Shown one piece after another: positions 40,855-54,376 of a stretch of DNA of 64,000 nt; within the stretch, counting starts at the first letter, position 1; the number at the start of each line of letters is the position of its first letter. The notes under the pieces were generated by a model. It had not been told where the DNA came from. It made no database searches and saw only the letters and a program-made list of their open reading frames with translations. The stretch is from NCBI RefSeq assembly GCF_006345805.1, contig NC_043012.1, positions 6,572,001 to 6,636,000 of the forward strand. Reading direction: 5' to 3'. Both the position numbers and the translations under genes were made by a program. The stretch comes from Octopus sinensis (lineage: Eukaryota).

Positions 40855-41422
40855 CACAGACATATATATGTGTATACATATATTTATAAATATATATGTA
40901 TATATGTATGTGTATGTGTATGTGCATCCACACACAGACGCACATATATATCTATATTTAAATACATACAAAAACATGCATACACACACACACACACACA
41001 TCATATATATTTATTGATATTATTCATTGATACAAAAAGCAGCTCTCCCACCTCAAATGAGAATCAATTGTACTCAATGAAATGGCCACCAAGAACATTT
41101 TTGGATAAGCTGAAGGATTCAACAACTTCAGTAATGAAGTTTTCTGGGAAATCTGCCAGAATCTAATTCCTAAGAAGAACTTACCAAAACAACAACACAA
41201 AGAATAAAACAACTATTGTTTCTTTTTTTTTCAATTTTTTCTTCTTTCCTTTTTCTGCCAATCAAGCCAACAAGATTGTTCGTTTCATTTTAGCGTTGTT
41301 GTTGATGTGGCTGTTGTTGGTGGTGTTAGTAGTGGTTTTTACGATAGGAGTGTCGAGGATGGTTACAACAGGGGTGGGAGTTCTAGGGGTGATAATAATA
41401 GTGGTGGTGGTGGTGGTGGTGG

Positions 41423-41642
41423 TAAGGTGGTGAGCTGGCAGAATCGTTAGCATGCCAGGTAAAATGTTCAGTGGCATTTTGTCCACCTTTATGTTCTGAG
41501 TTCAAATTCCACCAGGGTTGACTTTGGCTTTCGTCCTTTCGGGGGTCGATGAATTAAATACCAACGAAAAACTGGGGTTGATGTAATTGACTAGTCCCTT
41601 CTCCCAAAATTTCAGGTCTTGTACCATTAGTAGAAAGGATAT
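41423..41642 (+). mobile_element. Second tRNA-derived SINE family (Deu/Nin-like central domain)
   Basis: A box TGGCAGAATCG and B box GAGTTCAAATTCC. The core CTTTCGTCCTTTCGGGGGTCGATGAATTAAATACCA resembles the Deu/Nin SINE core as I recall it. Confidence 0.7.
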
Positions 41643-43646
41643 AAGTGTAGGTGTTAGTGGTAGTGGTGGTGGTGGTAATAGTTGTAGTAACATCAGTGCT
41701 GGTAGTAATGGTGATGGTGTTGGTGGTACAGATGACTCGTTTGGCAGTGGTGGTCATGGCAATACCAGTTATTGTAGTGTTGGTGTTGATAGTAGTGGTG
41801 GTAGAAGTAGAAATGGTGATGGTGGTATTGATGGCTCAGGTGGCTTATTTGGTGGTGGTGGTGGTGGTGGTGGTGGTGATGACTGGCACTGGTGTTGACA
41901 TCAGTCAGGTCAGGGATCTCATCTCAGGCCAGTGAGACCCCTGACTGGTACTATATAAACCGAATCTATCTATTGTATGGTCAAATGGTCAGTGACTAAA
42001 CTGGTTCCCCAACTCTTGTGAGGAGGTTGTCTGGACACCTAGCAGGATTAAAAGCAAGAGATATTGAAGGCCGGATGAGCCCCATGTGGGTCAATCACCA
42101 TCCATTTGGGGGAAGGCAATGGCAAACCACTCCAATATCTCTGTCAAGAAAACACTATGAGAAAGTTCGAATGAAGTCATTCTATGGCTTCATCTGATGG
42201 AAGGACTTGTGCTGAATCAAGAAGACTTCTGTTGTAGAGTTATCAATGCACTACAAAACGGTATGATACATGAAGATGCAAGTGGTGTTGAGGGGAAGGA
42301 ACAAGCCAATGCCAGTGGCATGTGAAAGGCACCTTTGCAGGTGACACTTTAAAGGGCACTCATTCCAGTTTCTTCCTTGCTGCAGTCATTATATATATGT
42401 ATATACACACATACACATACATAAGTATATATATATATATATATACGTACATACATACATGAAAATATTACCTTGCTTGGAAACAGGTGAGGCTTGGTGA
42501 CAGGAAGAGCATCTGGTTGTAGAATATCTGCATCAATAAACTCCATCCAACCCAAACAAGCATGGGAAAGTGGACATTAAGATGACAACGTTGATACTCA
42601 AGACCACAAATTTTCACACATAGCCAGACATGTTCTTGCTGAATATTGGAAATGATGGCTGTGTGGTTAGGGAGTTTGCTTCCTAGCTATATGGTTTCGG
42701 GTTCAGTCCCACTGCGTGGCACTTTGGGCAAGTGTCTTCTTCTATAGCCCTGAGCCGACTGAAGCTTTGCGGTTGAATTTGGCAGGCGGAAGTTACTGCC
42801 ATGTGCGTATATGTTCGTGTAGGTGCTTGTGCCTCTCCGAAAGAGAGAGAGGGAACGACACTCCTTGCGTGGCGGTCATTCTTAATCACGACCATCATGT
42901 ACTGTCAAGAAAAAGAGTGACACACACATGTGCACTCATGTGCACACACATACACACACACACACACATACATATCTAATGGGCTTCGTTCAGTTTCTAC
43001 CTAAGGCCATAGTAGATAACACTTGCCCAAGGTACCATGCAGTGGGACTGAACCCAAAACCATGCTGTTGGGAGAGGAGTATACCTCACAAGGAACCTGT
43101 ATATATTGAGAGGGAACTAAGGGAAATGAGAAATGAAAGTGTATTAGAAGCCTTTCAGGCAGATTTTGGCTATAGTCTTGACACTGGTGCTCTGTGATGC
43201 TGATTCTACCAAAGAATTACATTAAAGGTATGTTGTGCCTGTGGAATACTCAGCCACTTAGATAATATGTCAATGAGTAAGAAAATTCATTGAAACAAAA
43301 AGAGAATCACCCACCATCCACATATACCAATATATAAACATACACACATAGACACACACATACACACACGTGTGTGTGTGTGTAGGTATGTATATATATA
43401 TATATGTACAGACACATGTATGTATAGGTGTGTGTAAATATATGTATATATCTATATATACATGTATAGTACATGTATGTATATATTTATATATATATAC
43501 ATGCATACACATACACAGACATATATTTACATATATATATACATATACACATATATATACATACCTATACATACACACGTATATATATATATATATATAC
43601 ATACATATATGAATATATATGTATATATATGTGCATGTGCATATAC

Positions 43647-43677
<31 letters not shown>

Positions 43678-43766
43678 AATATATATAATGAATATGTATG
43701 TGTGTACATATATATATATATGAATATATATGTATCTATCTATATATATACATATATAAATATATA

Positions 43767-43797
<31 letters not shown>

Positions 43798-44460
43798 GAA
43801 ACACAGTTTAAATCTATTTGAGTTATGAACCACCGACTATGAGCAAACACAATATATATGTAGAATGATTCAAGACGGAGACAGAATACATATTTGTGGA
43901 TATATTAATGCCGGTGGGGAGAGAGTGAGTAAAGTCTGCTCACAAAAAGCCATTAATATTAACATTAAGATCTTGACTTTGGCAAAAGATTCAGAAATAA
44001 TTTATGAATTTGTTTCTCTTTGTTTCGACAACATCACATTGGATTTTATATTGATGAACACTGATATAATATTAAGTGGTTGCTTTATAATTCAATAGCA
44101 AGCTAATGTTCTCTGCTTACAGCTAATTTACGCTTGAGTAAATATGCCGAGCCCAAAAATATATATCGTGTTAATGATTCTATTAATTTCTTGTGAAGAG
44201 ATTTTTTTTTCCTTGTGGTTTTTGTATTTATGAACAAATTATTATATTTTATTTTATGTATTTTTGTATGGATAAGCGATACTAAGTTATGATTTTTGCC
44301 TTACGTATTTTTGCCTTTGAAATCAATAGGAGAGCCTCATCATAATACTTCACCCTGTTAGAAATACCAACAATATACTCCTCAAATTACACACGATGAT
44401 CCAAATACAGAAGTAAGTCACAAGATAATGTAATCATATATATATATATATATTTTTTTT

Positions 44461-44848
44461 TTTTTACTTGTTTCAGTCATTTGACTGCGGCCATGCTGGA
44501 GCACCACCTTTAGTCGAGCAAATCGACCCCGGGACTTATTCTTTGTAAGCCCAGTACTTATTCCATCAGTCTCTTTTGCCGAACTGCTAAGTGACGGGGA
44601 CGTAAACACACCAGCATCGGTTGTCAAGTAATGCTAGGGAACAAACACAAACACACAAACACATACATAAATATATATATATATACGACAGGCTTCTTTC
44701 AGTTTCCATCTACCAAATCCACTCACAAGCTTTGGTTGGCCCGGGGCTATAGCAGAAGACACTTGCCCAAGATGCCATGCAGTGGGACTGAACCCGGAAC
44801 CATGTGGTTGGTTAGCAAGCTACTTACCACACAGCCACTCCTGCGCCT
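44461..44848 (-). mobile_element. Dominant SINE, full-length copy
   Basis: Near-consensus copy ending CCACTCCTGCGCC. Confidence 0.88.
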
Positions 44849-44859
44849 ATGTATATATG

Positions 44860-44931
<72 letters not shown>

Positions 44932-45262
44932 GCACTGGATTAATCATTATACACAATAAGCCCATGCTTAGGGCACCAAAGGAAGTGAGGCACACTACAG
45001 AAATGGTAAATAGTTTACAGCACAAAAGAAATCACTTTAAACTTGCTGAAATAATATTTGAAATGGTTTGTGAGACCACGAATATAATTTTGAAGTGCAC
45101 ATGGTGTCATAATGAGGATCTGATCCAAGACTTTGCCATTAAAAAAAATGTAGGGGAAAACTTTCCAAATATAAATAAAGTGGAGATATACAAAAATAAA
45201 CATTATTTCCCATCTTACCATTTGTTTGGTTTCATTTTCAAAAAATACAAATTTATTTTATG
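44932..45262 (+). repeat. Old dispersed AT-rich repeat with a second copy at ~51495-51770
   Basis: A ~280-bp collinear similarity (GGCAC..CAGAAATG.TAAAT.GTTTA..GCACAAAAGAAATCA.TTTAAACTTG.TGAAAT...) is visible by eye. CTGGATTAA / TTAATCCAGCCCTG-like ends at 44935 and 52028 suggest a DNA-transposon derivative. Confidence 0.65.
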
Positions 45263-45267
45263 ACTTA

Positions 45268-45507
45268 TTTTACTCTTTTACTTGTTTCAGTCATTTGACT
45301 TTGGCCATGCTGGAGCACCGCCTTTAGTCGAGCAAATCGACCCCAGGATTTATTCTTTATAAGCCTAGTACTTATTCTATCGGTCTCTTTTGCCAAACTG
45401 CTAAGTTAAGGAGTTGTACACACACCAGCATCAGTTGTCAAGCGATGTTGGGGAGACAAACACAGACCCACAAATATATACACACATACATATATATATA
45501 TATATAT

Positions 45508-45539
<32 letters not shown>

Positions 45540-45750
45540 CATATATATATATAATTATATATATATATACACATATATATATATATATATGGGCTTCTTT
45601 CCGTTTCCATCTACCAAATCCACTCACAAGGCTTTGGTTGGCCTGAGGCTATAGTAGAAGACACTTGCCCAAGGTGCCATGCAGTGGGACTGAACCCGGA
45701 AGCATGTGGTTGGTAAGCAAGCTATTTACCACACTGCCACTCCTGCGCCT
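45268..45750 (-). mobile_element. Dominant SINE, full-length copy
   Basis: Near-consensus copy ending CACTCCTGCGCC. Confidence 0.88.
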
Positions 45751-45842
45751 GAGGGTACCAAAACTTTTAAGTACTTATGGCTGTATAGTCTTAATCTGGC
45801 TCTGTAGGTATACTATATATATAGTGTTGCATCTTGCTAAAA

Positions 45843-46062
45843 AGGGGCGTTTTCTACTCTAGGCACAAAGCCCGAGATTTTTGAGGAGGGGACCAGTCGA
45901 TTAGATCAACTCCAGTACTCGACTGGTACTTAATTTATCGATCCCGAAATGATGAAAGGCAAAGATGACTTTGGCGGAATTTGAACTTGGAAAATAACAA
46001 CGGGCGAAATACTGCTAAGCATTTCATCCGGCATGCTAACGATCCTACCAGCTCGACACCTT
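45843..46062 (-). mobile_element. Second SINE family copy
   Basis: Reverse complement of the 41423-41642 element. Further copies at ~8768-8980 (-), ~10050-10130 (-), ~47460-47620 (-), and a decayed one at ~3930-4200 (+). Confidence 0.72.
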
Positions 46063-47294
46063 AATTGATATAAAATATTATTAAGGCATCAGTAATTTAA
46101 GAATGTAACTTGCTACCAAGGTGTTACTTATGCAAATTGGTTTATTCCAATTTACTTAAGCCTGTAGCTATAAGGGATTTATAATTTATGCGAAATTCTT
46201 CTAAGAACCATCATCTTTATAAATCAAATATTTCAACTTGTTCTTATGTATATTTTGCCTTAGATCATGATTCTTCTAAATTTCTTTTTAAATAGGAATA
46301 TACAAATATATGTGTGTGTTTGTGAGTATGTGTGTGTATGTGTGTGTGTGCATACATATGTATGTATACATATATATATGATTGATTGATTCCAGTTCCA
46401 GCCTATGAGCTGTGGCCATGCTGGGGCATACATACACACACACACATATATAATATATATATATATACATACACATACATATATAGGGAGAATTCACAAA
46501 AAAAAAACAAAAGATGAAAACAGGTGGTATAGACAACAAACAGATGTGTAAGTTTAATGTTCGGGAATGAAAAAGTTTTTAACATTTCGTGCCTATGCTC
46601 TTCTACAGAAAGGAACACAGGAAGAAACAAGGAGAGAAAAAAAAAACAATGTGTAGTGGCTAGCGATCTATCATGGCAAATCACACACACACACACACAC
46701 ACACATATGTATGTATAACTTGGTTTTTGACTCGTTTGTAAATGCAATCTAACCAAAAGAAAAGAACAGAAGAGAAGTGATCTTTACAACTCAGAGCGCA
46801 GGCAACCCATCAAAGAGAGCAGAGACTCTGAAAAAAGGCAATGATGAAGGGAAGAGGTGCCTCTTAATTACAATAGCTGACAGCATGATAAAATGCATCC
46901 AGTTCATACTGTAGAGTGTTTGGTGATAAAGTGGGCATCTAGCCATGGGTGCAATATTGGAAAACATGGCATACACACAGTGAGAAAGTTTGGCAGCAAA
47001 ACCACAATATCTGGCATGTTATTATTACGAAATTCCTCATAACTCATGACAGTTTGGAAAAAAACATGAACATTAGAATGATGATGATAATGATGATGAT
47101 GATGCTGATGATGATACAATTTATTTCATTATGCTATTATCACTCTTTTGCACAAAGGTGGTTAGTTGAGCACAACCAGTTCCTCCGTATCTTTTCTCAC
47201 TAAAAGAGTTGTATTTGGTTTAAGTAAATATATCTGGATTTTATGTGCAAGATCCCAGCTGTACTTGGTCTTTAAAATATATCAAAATGGGCTG

Positions 47295-47349
<55 letters not shown>

Positions 47350-48164
47350 CCTTCATTTATATCAACATTTCTGTAAATGAGATGAGTTATTGCTAGCTTC
47401 TCTATCACCTCTTTCATTACACAGACTTAATAATTACAAATAATTACCAATAATTGATATCTGGAAATTGGCACAATACCACACATTTGTAGAACAAGGG
47501 GTGGGGGAGTTGTATACATAGTTATTTGTATCAAAGCCCGACCCCCCCACACACACACACACCTACAATGCTAGGTTCTTATTTTATCGATTGAAGAAAG
47601 ATGAAAGGCAGGCGTCGTCTCTGATGAAATGCTGCATGCTAAAAACCAGCAAGACAGAACAGTGGTGATGGTGGTGGTAGTGGTGGCAGGGACGGACAGA
47701 CAGACAGACACACAGCTTAAACATTCTAAACATTCTAAAGGAATTTAATCTGCTTCCCTACCATTTCAGCCATTCCAAAGTACATTGTTGATTGCGACCA
47801 ATAAAATCTCCATTAAACTAATGAAACAATTTAAATATATGAATATGCAAAAACGTTCTCATACACAATGTTCTCAATTAACTGTGACCACATACATTGG
47901 CATTTATCAAGAAATTGGGGTGAGGGGCTGACAAAAAAGAAAAAATGCGAAAAAAAGGAAAATAATCAGTTGTGTCCGATTAGAAAGAAACAATGAATAA
48001 TTAACATTAAGGAGGAAATTATCTTTGGTTCAATTTACACTTGTAGATAATCTTTCCACTCCATTCATATATTCAAAAGAAATTTCCAGCACCATGCAAA
48101 TGTCAACAGAATGCCTTTAAGATAGTAAAATATGCATATATATGGGAATACATACACAAATACA

Positions 48165-48223
<59 letters not shown>

Positions 48224-48309
48224 ACACACATATACATATTCATACATACACATTGACAGATATACAGACACATATATATACACACACATATACATACATA
48301 TATATATAT

Positions 48310-48830
48310 ATCATCATCATCATCATCATCATTGTTTAATGTCCACTTTCCATACAGGCATGGGTTGGATGATTTGATTGAGGTCTGGTGAACCAGATGG
48401 CTGCACCAGGCTCCAATCTGATCTGGCAGAGTTTCTACAGCTGGGTGCCCTTCCTAATGCCAACTACTCTGAGAGTGTAGTGGGTGCTTTTATGTGCCAC
48501 CAGCACAAGGGCCAGTCAGGCGTACTGGCAATGGCCATGCTCAAATGGTGCTTTTTATGTGCCATCTGCACAAGAGCCAGTCCAGCGGCACTGGCAATGA
48601 CCTTGCTCGAATGTTTTTTCACGTGCCACCCAGCACAAGTGCCAGTAAGGCAACGCAGGTAATGATCACGCCCTAATTGTGCTTTTTATGTGCCACTGGC
48701 ACAGAAGCCAGTTTGTTGCTCTGGCAACAATCACGCTCAGATGGTACTCTTAGCGCTCCACTAGCATGGATGCCAGTCATCGAATTTGATTTCGATTTCG
48801 ATTTCACTTGCCTCAACAGGTCTTCACAAG
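48310..48830 (-). repeat. RTE 3'UTR-only copy
   Basis: (CAT)n followed by the reverse complement of the LINE tail. Other copies (approximate): 2950-3235, 6620-6840, 21330-21830, 63950-64000 (+); 10880-11157, 14355-14830, 24630-24925, 36380-36960, 37320-37500, 38330-38660, 53087-53610 (-). Confidence 0.85.
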
Positions 48831-49063
48831 CTGAGTTTAGTATCCTCCATCTTCCTTTCTATTGGACTCTCCTCTGTTTCTGAAGAAGAGCATTGCTTGA
48901 AACATTAAGCCATCCTTTTTTCCTTCCCTGAGCGTCTGCTAATACTTTACATCTACCACGTCCTCGCATTGTTGTTTTTTTGTGTTTGTTCTTCATTCTT
49001 TGGACTTACTATGGTATATATATATCTTTGTATATATGTATATGTATATGTTATGTATATATA

Positions 49064-49102
<39 letters not shown>

Positions 49103-49162
49103 GCATATATATATATATACTATATATATATGACTATATATATAGTATATGTATATTATATG

Positions 49163-49209
<47 letters not shown>

Positions 49210-49599
49210 TATATATATGCATATATATATATATCTATATCTATATATATATATGCATATATATATATATCTATATCTATATAGATTATATATATATATA
49301 TTATTATATATATATGATGACTCCTCCCTTGTTATCGAGTATGGCCATTGCACGAAGCTTAACTGTTATTGGTGCTGTGATTGAATGTGACTTTTTAGCC
49401 CAGCTAAAGATCTACAATGTCTTGTACAGAATTGGCAGCTTAAAACCTTTACCGGTCATAGCCGGCTGTAGTTGTAACTGGGCTTCATGTACCTCTGCAT
49501 ATCATTTAAATCCTCCTGCCGAATTACACTCTCTTCCACATGCCTGACAGATATGATTAGTATGGTGTATAACACCACCACCAGTGGTCAGGTTGTCAC

Positions 49600-50520
49600 T
49601 CATCTGTCTCGCTTAATGACTACAAAGATGACTCATGAGTCCAGCTTTACTGAGGCAGAGTCTTGCACAGACACTGCATGTCAGCATCATAGGAAGACCC
49701 TTCCCATCTGGAAGTGTAACAGTGATGCCCTTCCTGATATCCCTCCTTACTTTCTCATGCGCAACTCGTGATTTCTCAAAAGTAGCTGTCCCCTTGTGCA
49801 CAATCCTTCTCCACCTGCTATGATCAGTAGCTATGCCCTCCCATGTGTCAGGAGAGATGCAAGCATCTCTTAAAGAAGCCTTCAGCAAGTCCTTATACCT
49901 CTTTTTTGGTTTATGTGGGGGTCGTTCTCCTTTAGTTAACTCTCCATAAAAGAGTTGTTTTGGCATCCTTGAATCCTTCATCCTGATCAGATGACCACTC
50001 CATCTGAGCCTTTGCTTTAACACAAGAACTTCTATACTTTCGCACCGAGAGCCTTCCAATATTTCAAGATCACTGATGCAGTCCTCCCACTTAATGCTGT
50101 AGATCCATCTGAGACACATCTGATGGAAACATTCCAGTTGTTTAAGATGGTATCGAAATGTGACCCACGTCTCGCAGGCATAGAGAAGAGAAGGGAGCAT
50201 GCATGCGTTGTACACCTTTAACTTTGTCTTTCTGCATAGGTCTCACCGACTCCAGAGGTGCCTTTCTAGCCTTCCAAAAGCATCTCTTGCTTTCATAATT
50301 CAGTATGGAATTTCATCATCCAAATTGCTATATCTATTAACAGTGCTTCCCAGGTAGACAAACTGATCAACTACATCAAGTCGTTTACCTTACACATAGA
50401 TATTTGGTACACTATACTGCTTACCAGGGGCAGGTTGGTACATGACAACAGTTTTCTTGAGACTGACTGTCAATCCTAAGGCAGTACAAGCATCAGAGAA
50501 TGCATTCAAAACGTGTCGCA
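49600..50520 (-). pseudogene. RTE (BovB-like) LINE 3' fragment, decayed
   Basis: LGLTVSLKKTVVM...FVYLGS...KLKVYNACMLPSLLYACETW...RLRWSGHLIRM...CSVCARLCLSKAGLMSHLCSH. Three in-frame stops upstream of the 200-aa ORF at 49613-50215. Confidence 0.88.
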
Positions 50521-50521
50521 T

Positions 50522-51040
50522 TAAGGAAAAACCAATACCAAGGTAGAACAAGTATCTCCAGTCATTTAGAATAATTCAATAAGGGTAATGTGAATTTGAA
50601 GTCTTACAGACATTTCTGGGATAACCCAAGTGGTAGGTTAGCGATTCCATCATCAGCGACAAGGACAAAGATTTACTGTTTATAAGGAATAAAATAGAAG
50701 AATAAAGAAATAAAGAGTCATGGTAGAATACTGGCAGGACTCATCTTTTTCCAGAGGATGTGGATGTTGGTCGGTACTTCCATATACTCTGGAAAAAGAT
50801 GATTTCTGAATATTATTTTCCAGCCTGTATTCTACCTTTACTTTTTATTCTTCTGTTTTATTCCTCATAAACTGTAAATCTTCCTATTCATACTTTGTCT
50901 CTGATGACAGAATACCTAGTGCATGGACATGCTTTAGTATCACTTGGGTTATCCCAGAAACGGCTGTAAGACTTTGAATTCACCTTACCCTAAATAAATT
51001 ATTCTAAATGACTTGAGATACTAGCTCTGCCTTCGTTTTG
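50522..51040. mobile_element. Long-TIR non-autonomous DNA element
   Basis: ~95-bp inverted core arms 50539-50632 and 50941-51035 (e.g. AGTCATTTAGAATAATT...TTTCTGGGATAACCCAAGTG), extending degenerately on both sides. It abuts and truncates an RTE fragment. Confidence 0.7.
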
Positions 51041-51203
51041 CCTTTTCTTCTAATATAATATATACCTGCTATAACAGAACCCTAACATAAATCCCTAGAT
51101 CCAGCTTCAGTTGTTAACTTGGTACCTAGCAGATGACCAATTATAGCACTTACTCAGCATGCCTATACTTTTAGATCACAAGTGAACTAAACCCCTCATA
51201 TTC

Positions 51204-51274
<71 letters not shown>

Positions 51275-51443
51275 AAATATGAATTAGAGATAAAACCACT
51301 ATTAGGCAACTCAAACAGTGATAGACATAAACCAATACATAAATAACAAATAATATAAATATAATTAATATAATATATAATATATGTATATAATTTTTTT
51401 TTAAAGTATAAAAAGAATGATAAATATAAATATAATTAATATA

Positions 51444-51475
<32 letters not shown>

Positions 51476-52040
51476 CACACTTAGGTATCAAGAGAAGAGG
51501 GGCACCACAGAAATGATAAATGGTTTATGGCACAAAAGAAATCATTTTAAACTTGGTGAAATTATATTCAAAGTAGTTTATATGATCAGAAATATAATTT
51601 CAAAGTGTTCAAGGTGTCATAGTGAGGGTCTGGTCAAAAACTTTACCATTAAATCAGTAAGAGAAAACCTTTAAAGTATAAAGAGGGATTACACAAAAAT
51701 AAATGTTATTTTCCATCTTATTGTTAGTTTTGTTTTATTTAAAAGAAAAAAAATTTATTAAATGGTTTATTATTGTAGCAAAGATTGTTTGCCACCATAA
51801 CACGGCAGTCCTGGTTTAGGACTAATGTTGCTGTAATCTAGCCCCAAGAGACATCATCTCCAGCTGGCTATGTGACACGCTCAGTGCTCTTATATTTTCA
51901 AACAAGGAAATCTCACGTTGTGAGATTTAAAAACAGTAATTTTCTGGTTTATTATTGTTTATATTATGAATTATATATATTAGGAGGGCACCAAAATCTT
52001 TTAAGTGTTTAATGCCTCAATGGGTCTTAATCCAGCCCTG

Positions 52041-52343
52041 GTGGATGTACCTGGCCTAGTGGTTAAAGCAGTGGACTCATGGTCAAGGGATTGCGGGTTC
52101 AAATCTCAGACCGGGCGATGCGTATGTTTATGAGCGAAACACCTAAGCTCCACACAGCTCCAGCAGAAGGTAATGGCAAACTTCTGTTGACTCTTTTGTC
52201 ACAACTTTCTCTCACTCTTTCCTCCTGCATCTTGCAGCTCACCTGCGATCGACCAGTGTCCCATCCAGGTGGGAAACCTATACACCAAAGAAACCGGGAA
52301 ACCGGCCCTCATGAGCCAGGCATGGCTTGAGAAGGGACAAACA
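52041..52343 (+). mobile_element. tRNA-derived SINE (minor family) with a 12-bp TSD
   Basis: A box TGGCCTAGTGG and B box GGGTTCAAATC. Flanked by the direct repeat AATCCAGCCCTG at 52029-52040 and 52344-52355. Confidence 0.85.
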
Positions 52344-52415
52344 AATCCAGCCCTGCCTGTGTCTATTCATTTATAGAAAACAACCAATATTGGAAGACGA
52401 TGGTGCCATACTTAC

Positions 52416-52682
52416 AGTTGAAGCTGACGTTGCGCGTATTGACAATCTGCTTTAGAGGATGTGTACCATTGCAAGTGCATGATGAAATGTTCAGGTGTTT
52501 ACTAAACTCCAGTAAAACAGATACTTCCGAAACACCCATGTAATTAAGACTGCCACATGTTAGTTGCAGATTAGCTTCCGGATTTCCACCTTTCCATGCA
52601 CATACTACAGTCAGTGTTTCGTTACCATATAAAGATTCGTTTGGGCCTATAACTTTCATTTCCGGACGTCCAATTGGAGGAT
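52416..52682 (-). CDS. Internal coding exon A2 (short 4-Cys Ig-like domain)
   Basis: Acceptor ttttggccttctttgcAG and donor GTAAGT. 267 nt, phase 1/1: YPPIGRPEMKVIGPNESLYGNETLTVVCAWKGGNPEANLQLTCGSLNYMGVSEVSVLLEFSKHLNISSCTCNGTHPLKQIVNTRNVSFN. Five N-x-S/T sequons. Confidence 0.9.
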
Positions 52683-52813
52683 CTGCAAAGAAGGCCAAAA
52701 GACAAAAATGTTATCTATTGTGTTATAAAGTGACAGGGATCAATAAAGGAAAAAAGGAAAAAAGAAACAGAAAACTGGCCAAATATAACTTCTACTGAAC
52801 TTGTTACTTCCTG

Positions 52814-52916
<103 letters not shown>

Positions 52917-53608
52917 TTCTTTTACTATTTTATTTGTTTCAGTCATTTTAACTGTACCCATGCCGGAGCACTGCCTTTAGTCAAACAAATTGACCCCTGG
53001 ATCGCTAACATACAGCGACATAAACACACCAACATTGGTTGTCAAGTGATGGTGGAGGGACAAACTCAGACACACAAAGACATACATCGTCATCATCATC
53101 ATCATCATCATCATCATTATCGTTTAACGTCCGCTTTCTATGCTGGCATGGGTTGGACGATCTGACTGAGGACTGGCGAGCCAGATGGCTGCACCAGGCT
53201 CCAATCTGATCTGGCAGTGTTTCTACAGCTGGATGCCCTTCCTAATGCCAACCACTCCGAGAGTGTAGTGGGTACTTTTACATGTCACCAGTACAAGGGC
53301 CAGTCAGGCGGTACTGGCAACGGCCATGCTCAATTGGTGCTTTTTATGTGCCACCTGCACAGGTGCCAGTCCAGCGGCACTGGCAATGACCTTGCTCGAA
53401 TATTGTTTTTCACGTGCCACCAGCACAAGTGCCAGTAAGGCGAAGCTGGTGACGATCATGCTTGAATGGTGTTTTTTACATGCCACCGGCACGGGAGCCA
53501 GTCAGCGGCCCTAGCAACGATCATGCTCGGATGGTGCTCTTAGCGCTCCACTAGCACGGATGCCAGTCATGTGGTGTTGTCATCGAATTTGATTTTGATT
53601 TCACTTGC

Positions 53609-53657
<49 letters not shown>

Positions 53658-54376
53658 TATATATAATATATATATATTATATATATATATATATACATAC
53701 ATAAACATGACAGACTTCTTTCAGTTTCCATCTACCAAATTCACTCACAAGGCTTTGGTTGACCTGATGCTATAGTAGAAGACACTTGCCCAAGGCACCA
53801 CACAATGGGACTGAACCTGGAACCATATGGTTGGGAAGCAAGCTTCTTACCACAAGTCCAATCCTGCGCCTATACAACCATTCCTGTGCCTATATATATA
53901 TATAAATTATTAATGTAGGCAGTGGTTTAGCAATATATATATATATATATATATAAACAATTACAGCATTGAAGGTGTTTATAAGTCATTTAAGAAACAC
54001 ACAAAAGCCGTTCGATTCACATCAGCATTTAAATTTAATTTGCCAAAATATTTTCGTCACTTTGAGACCACGACCTGTTCACTGACCTGTTTCTTAAATG
54101 GCTTATAAACACCTTCCACTCTGCAATTGTTTTCATTCCAGTACACGATCTCAGATCAGGTCACTTGCTATGCAAGTACATATATATATATATATATACA
54201 TACATGTATGTGAGTGTGTGTGTGTTGATCTTTGTTCAACATGTATCAAAGCATGCTAAAAATACATGCATCTATTCTGTAAAAATTTCCCATACATCAA
54301 ACCAAAACCTAAACTTGTAATCTGTCATTGTTATAAATTGTTAGGGAGTCTTATGTAATGAGCACAGTGAAACTAG

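Noticed and set aside
41024-41212. Non-repetitive segment with short ORFs on both strands
   Set aside because: There is no recognisable domain, and the phase-1 frame terminates after ~30 codons.
52041-52120. tRNA-like sequence with A and B boxes
   Set aside because: It continues into a 300-bp body with a TSD and I could not fold a complete cloverleaf; it is a SINE head. The same applies to the other SINE heads.
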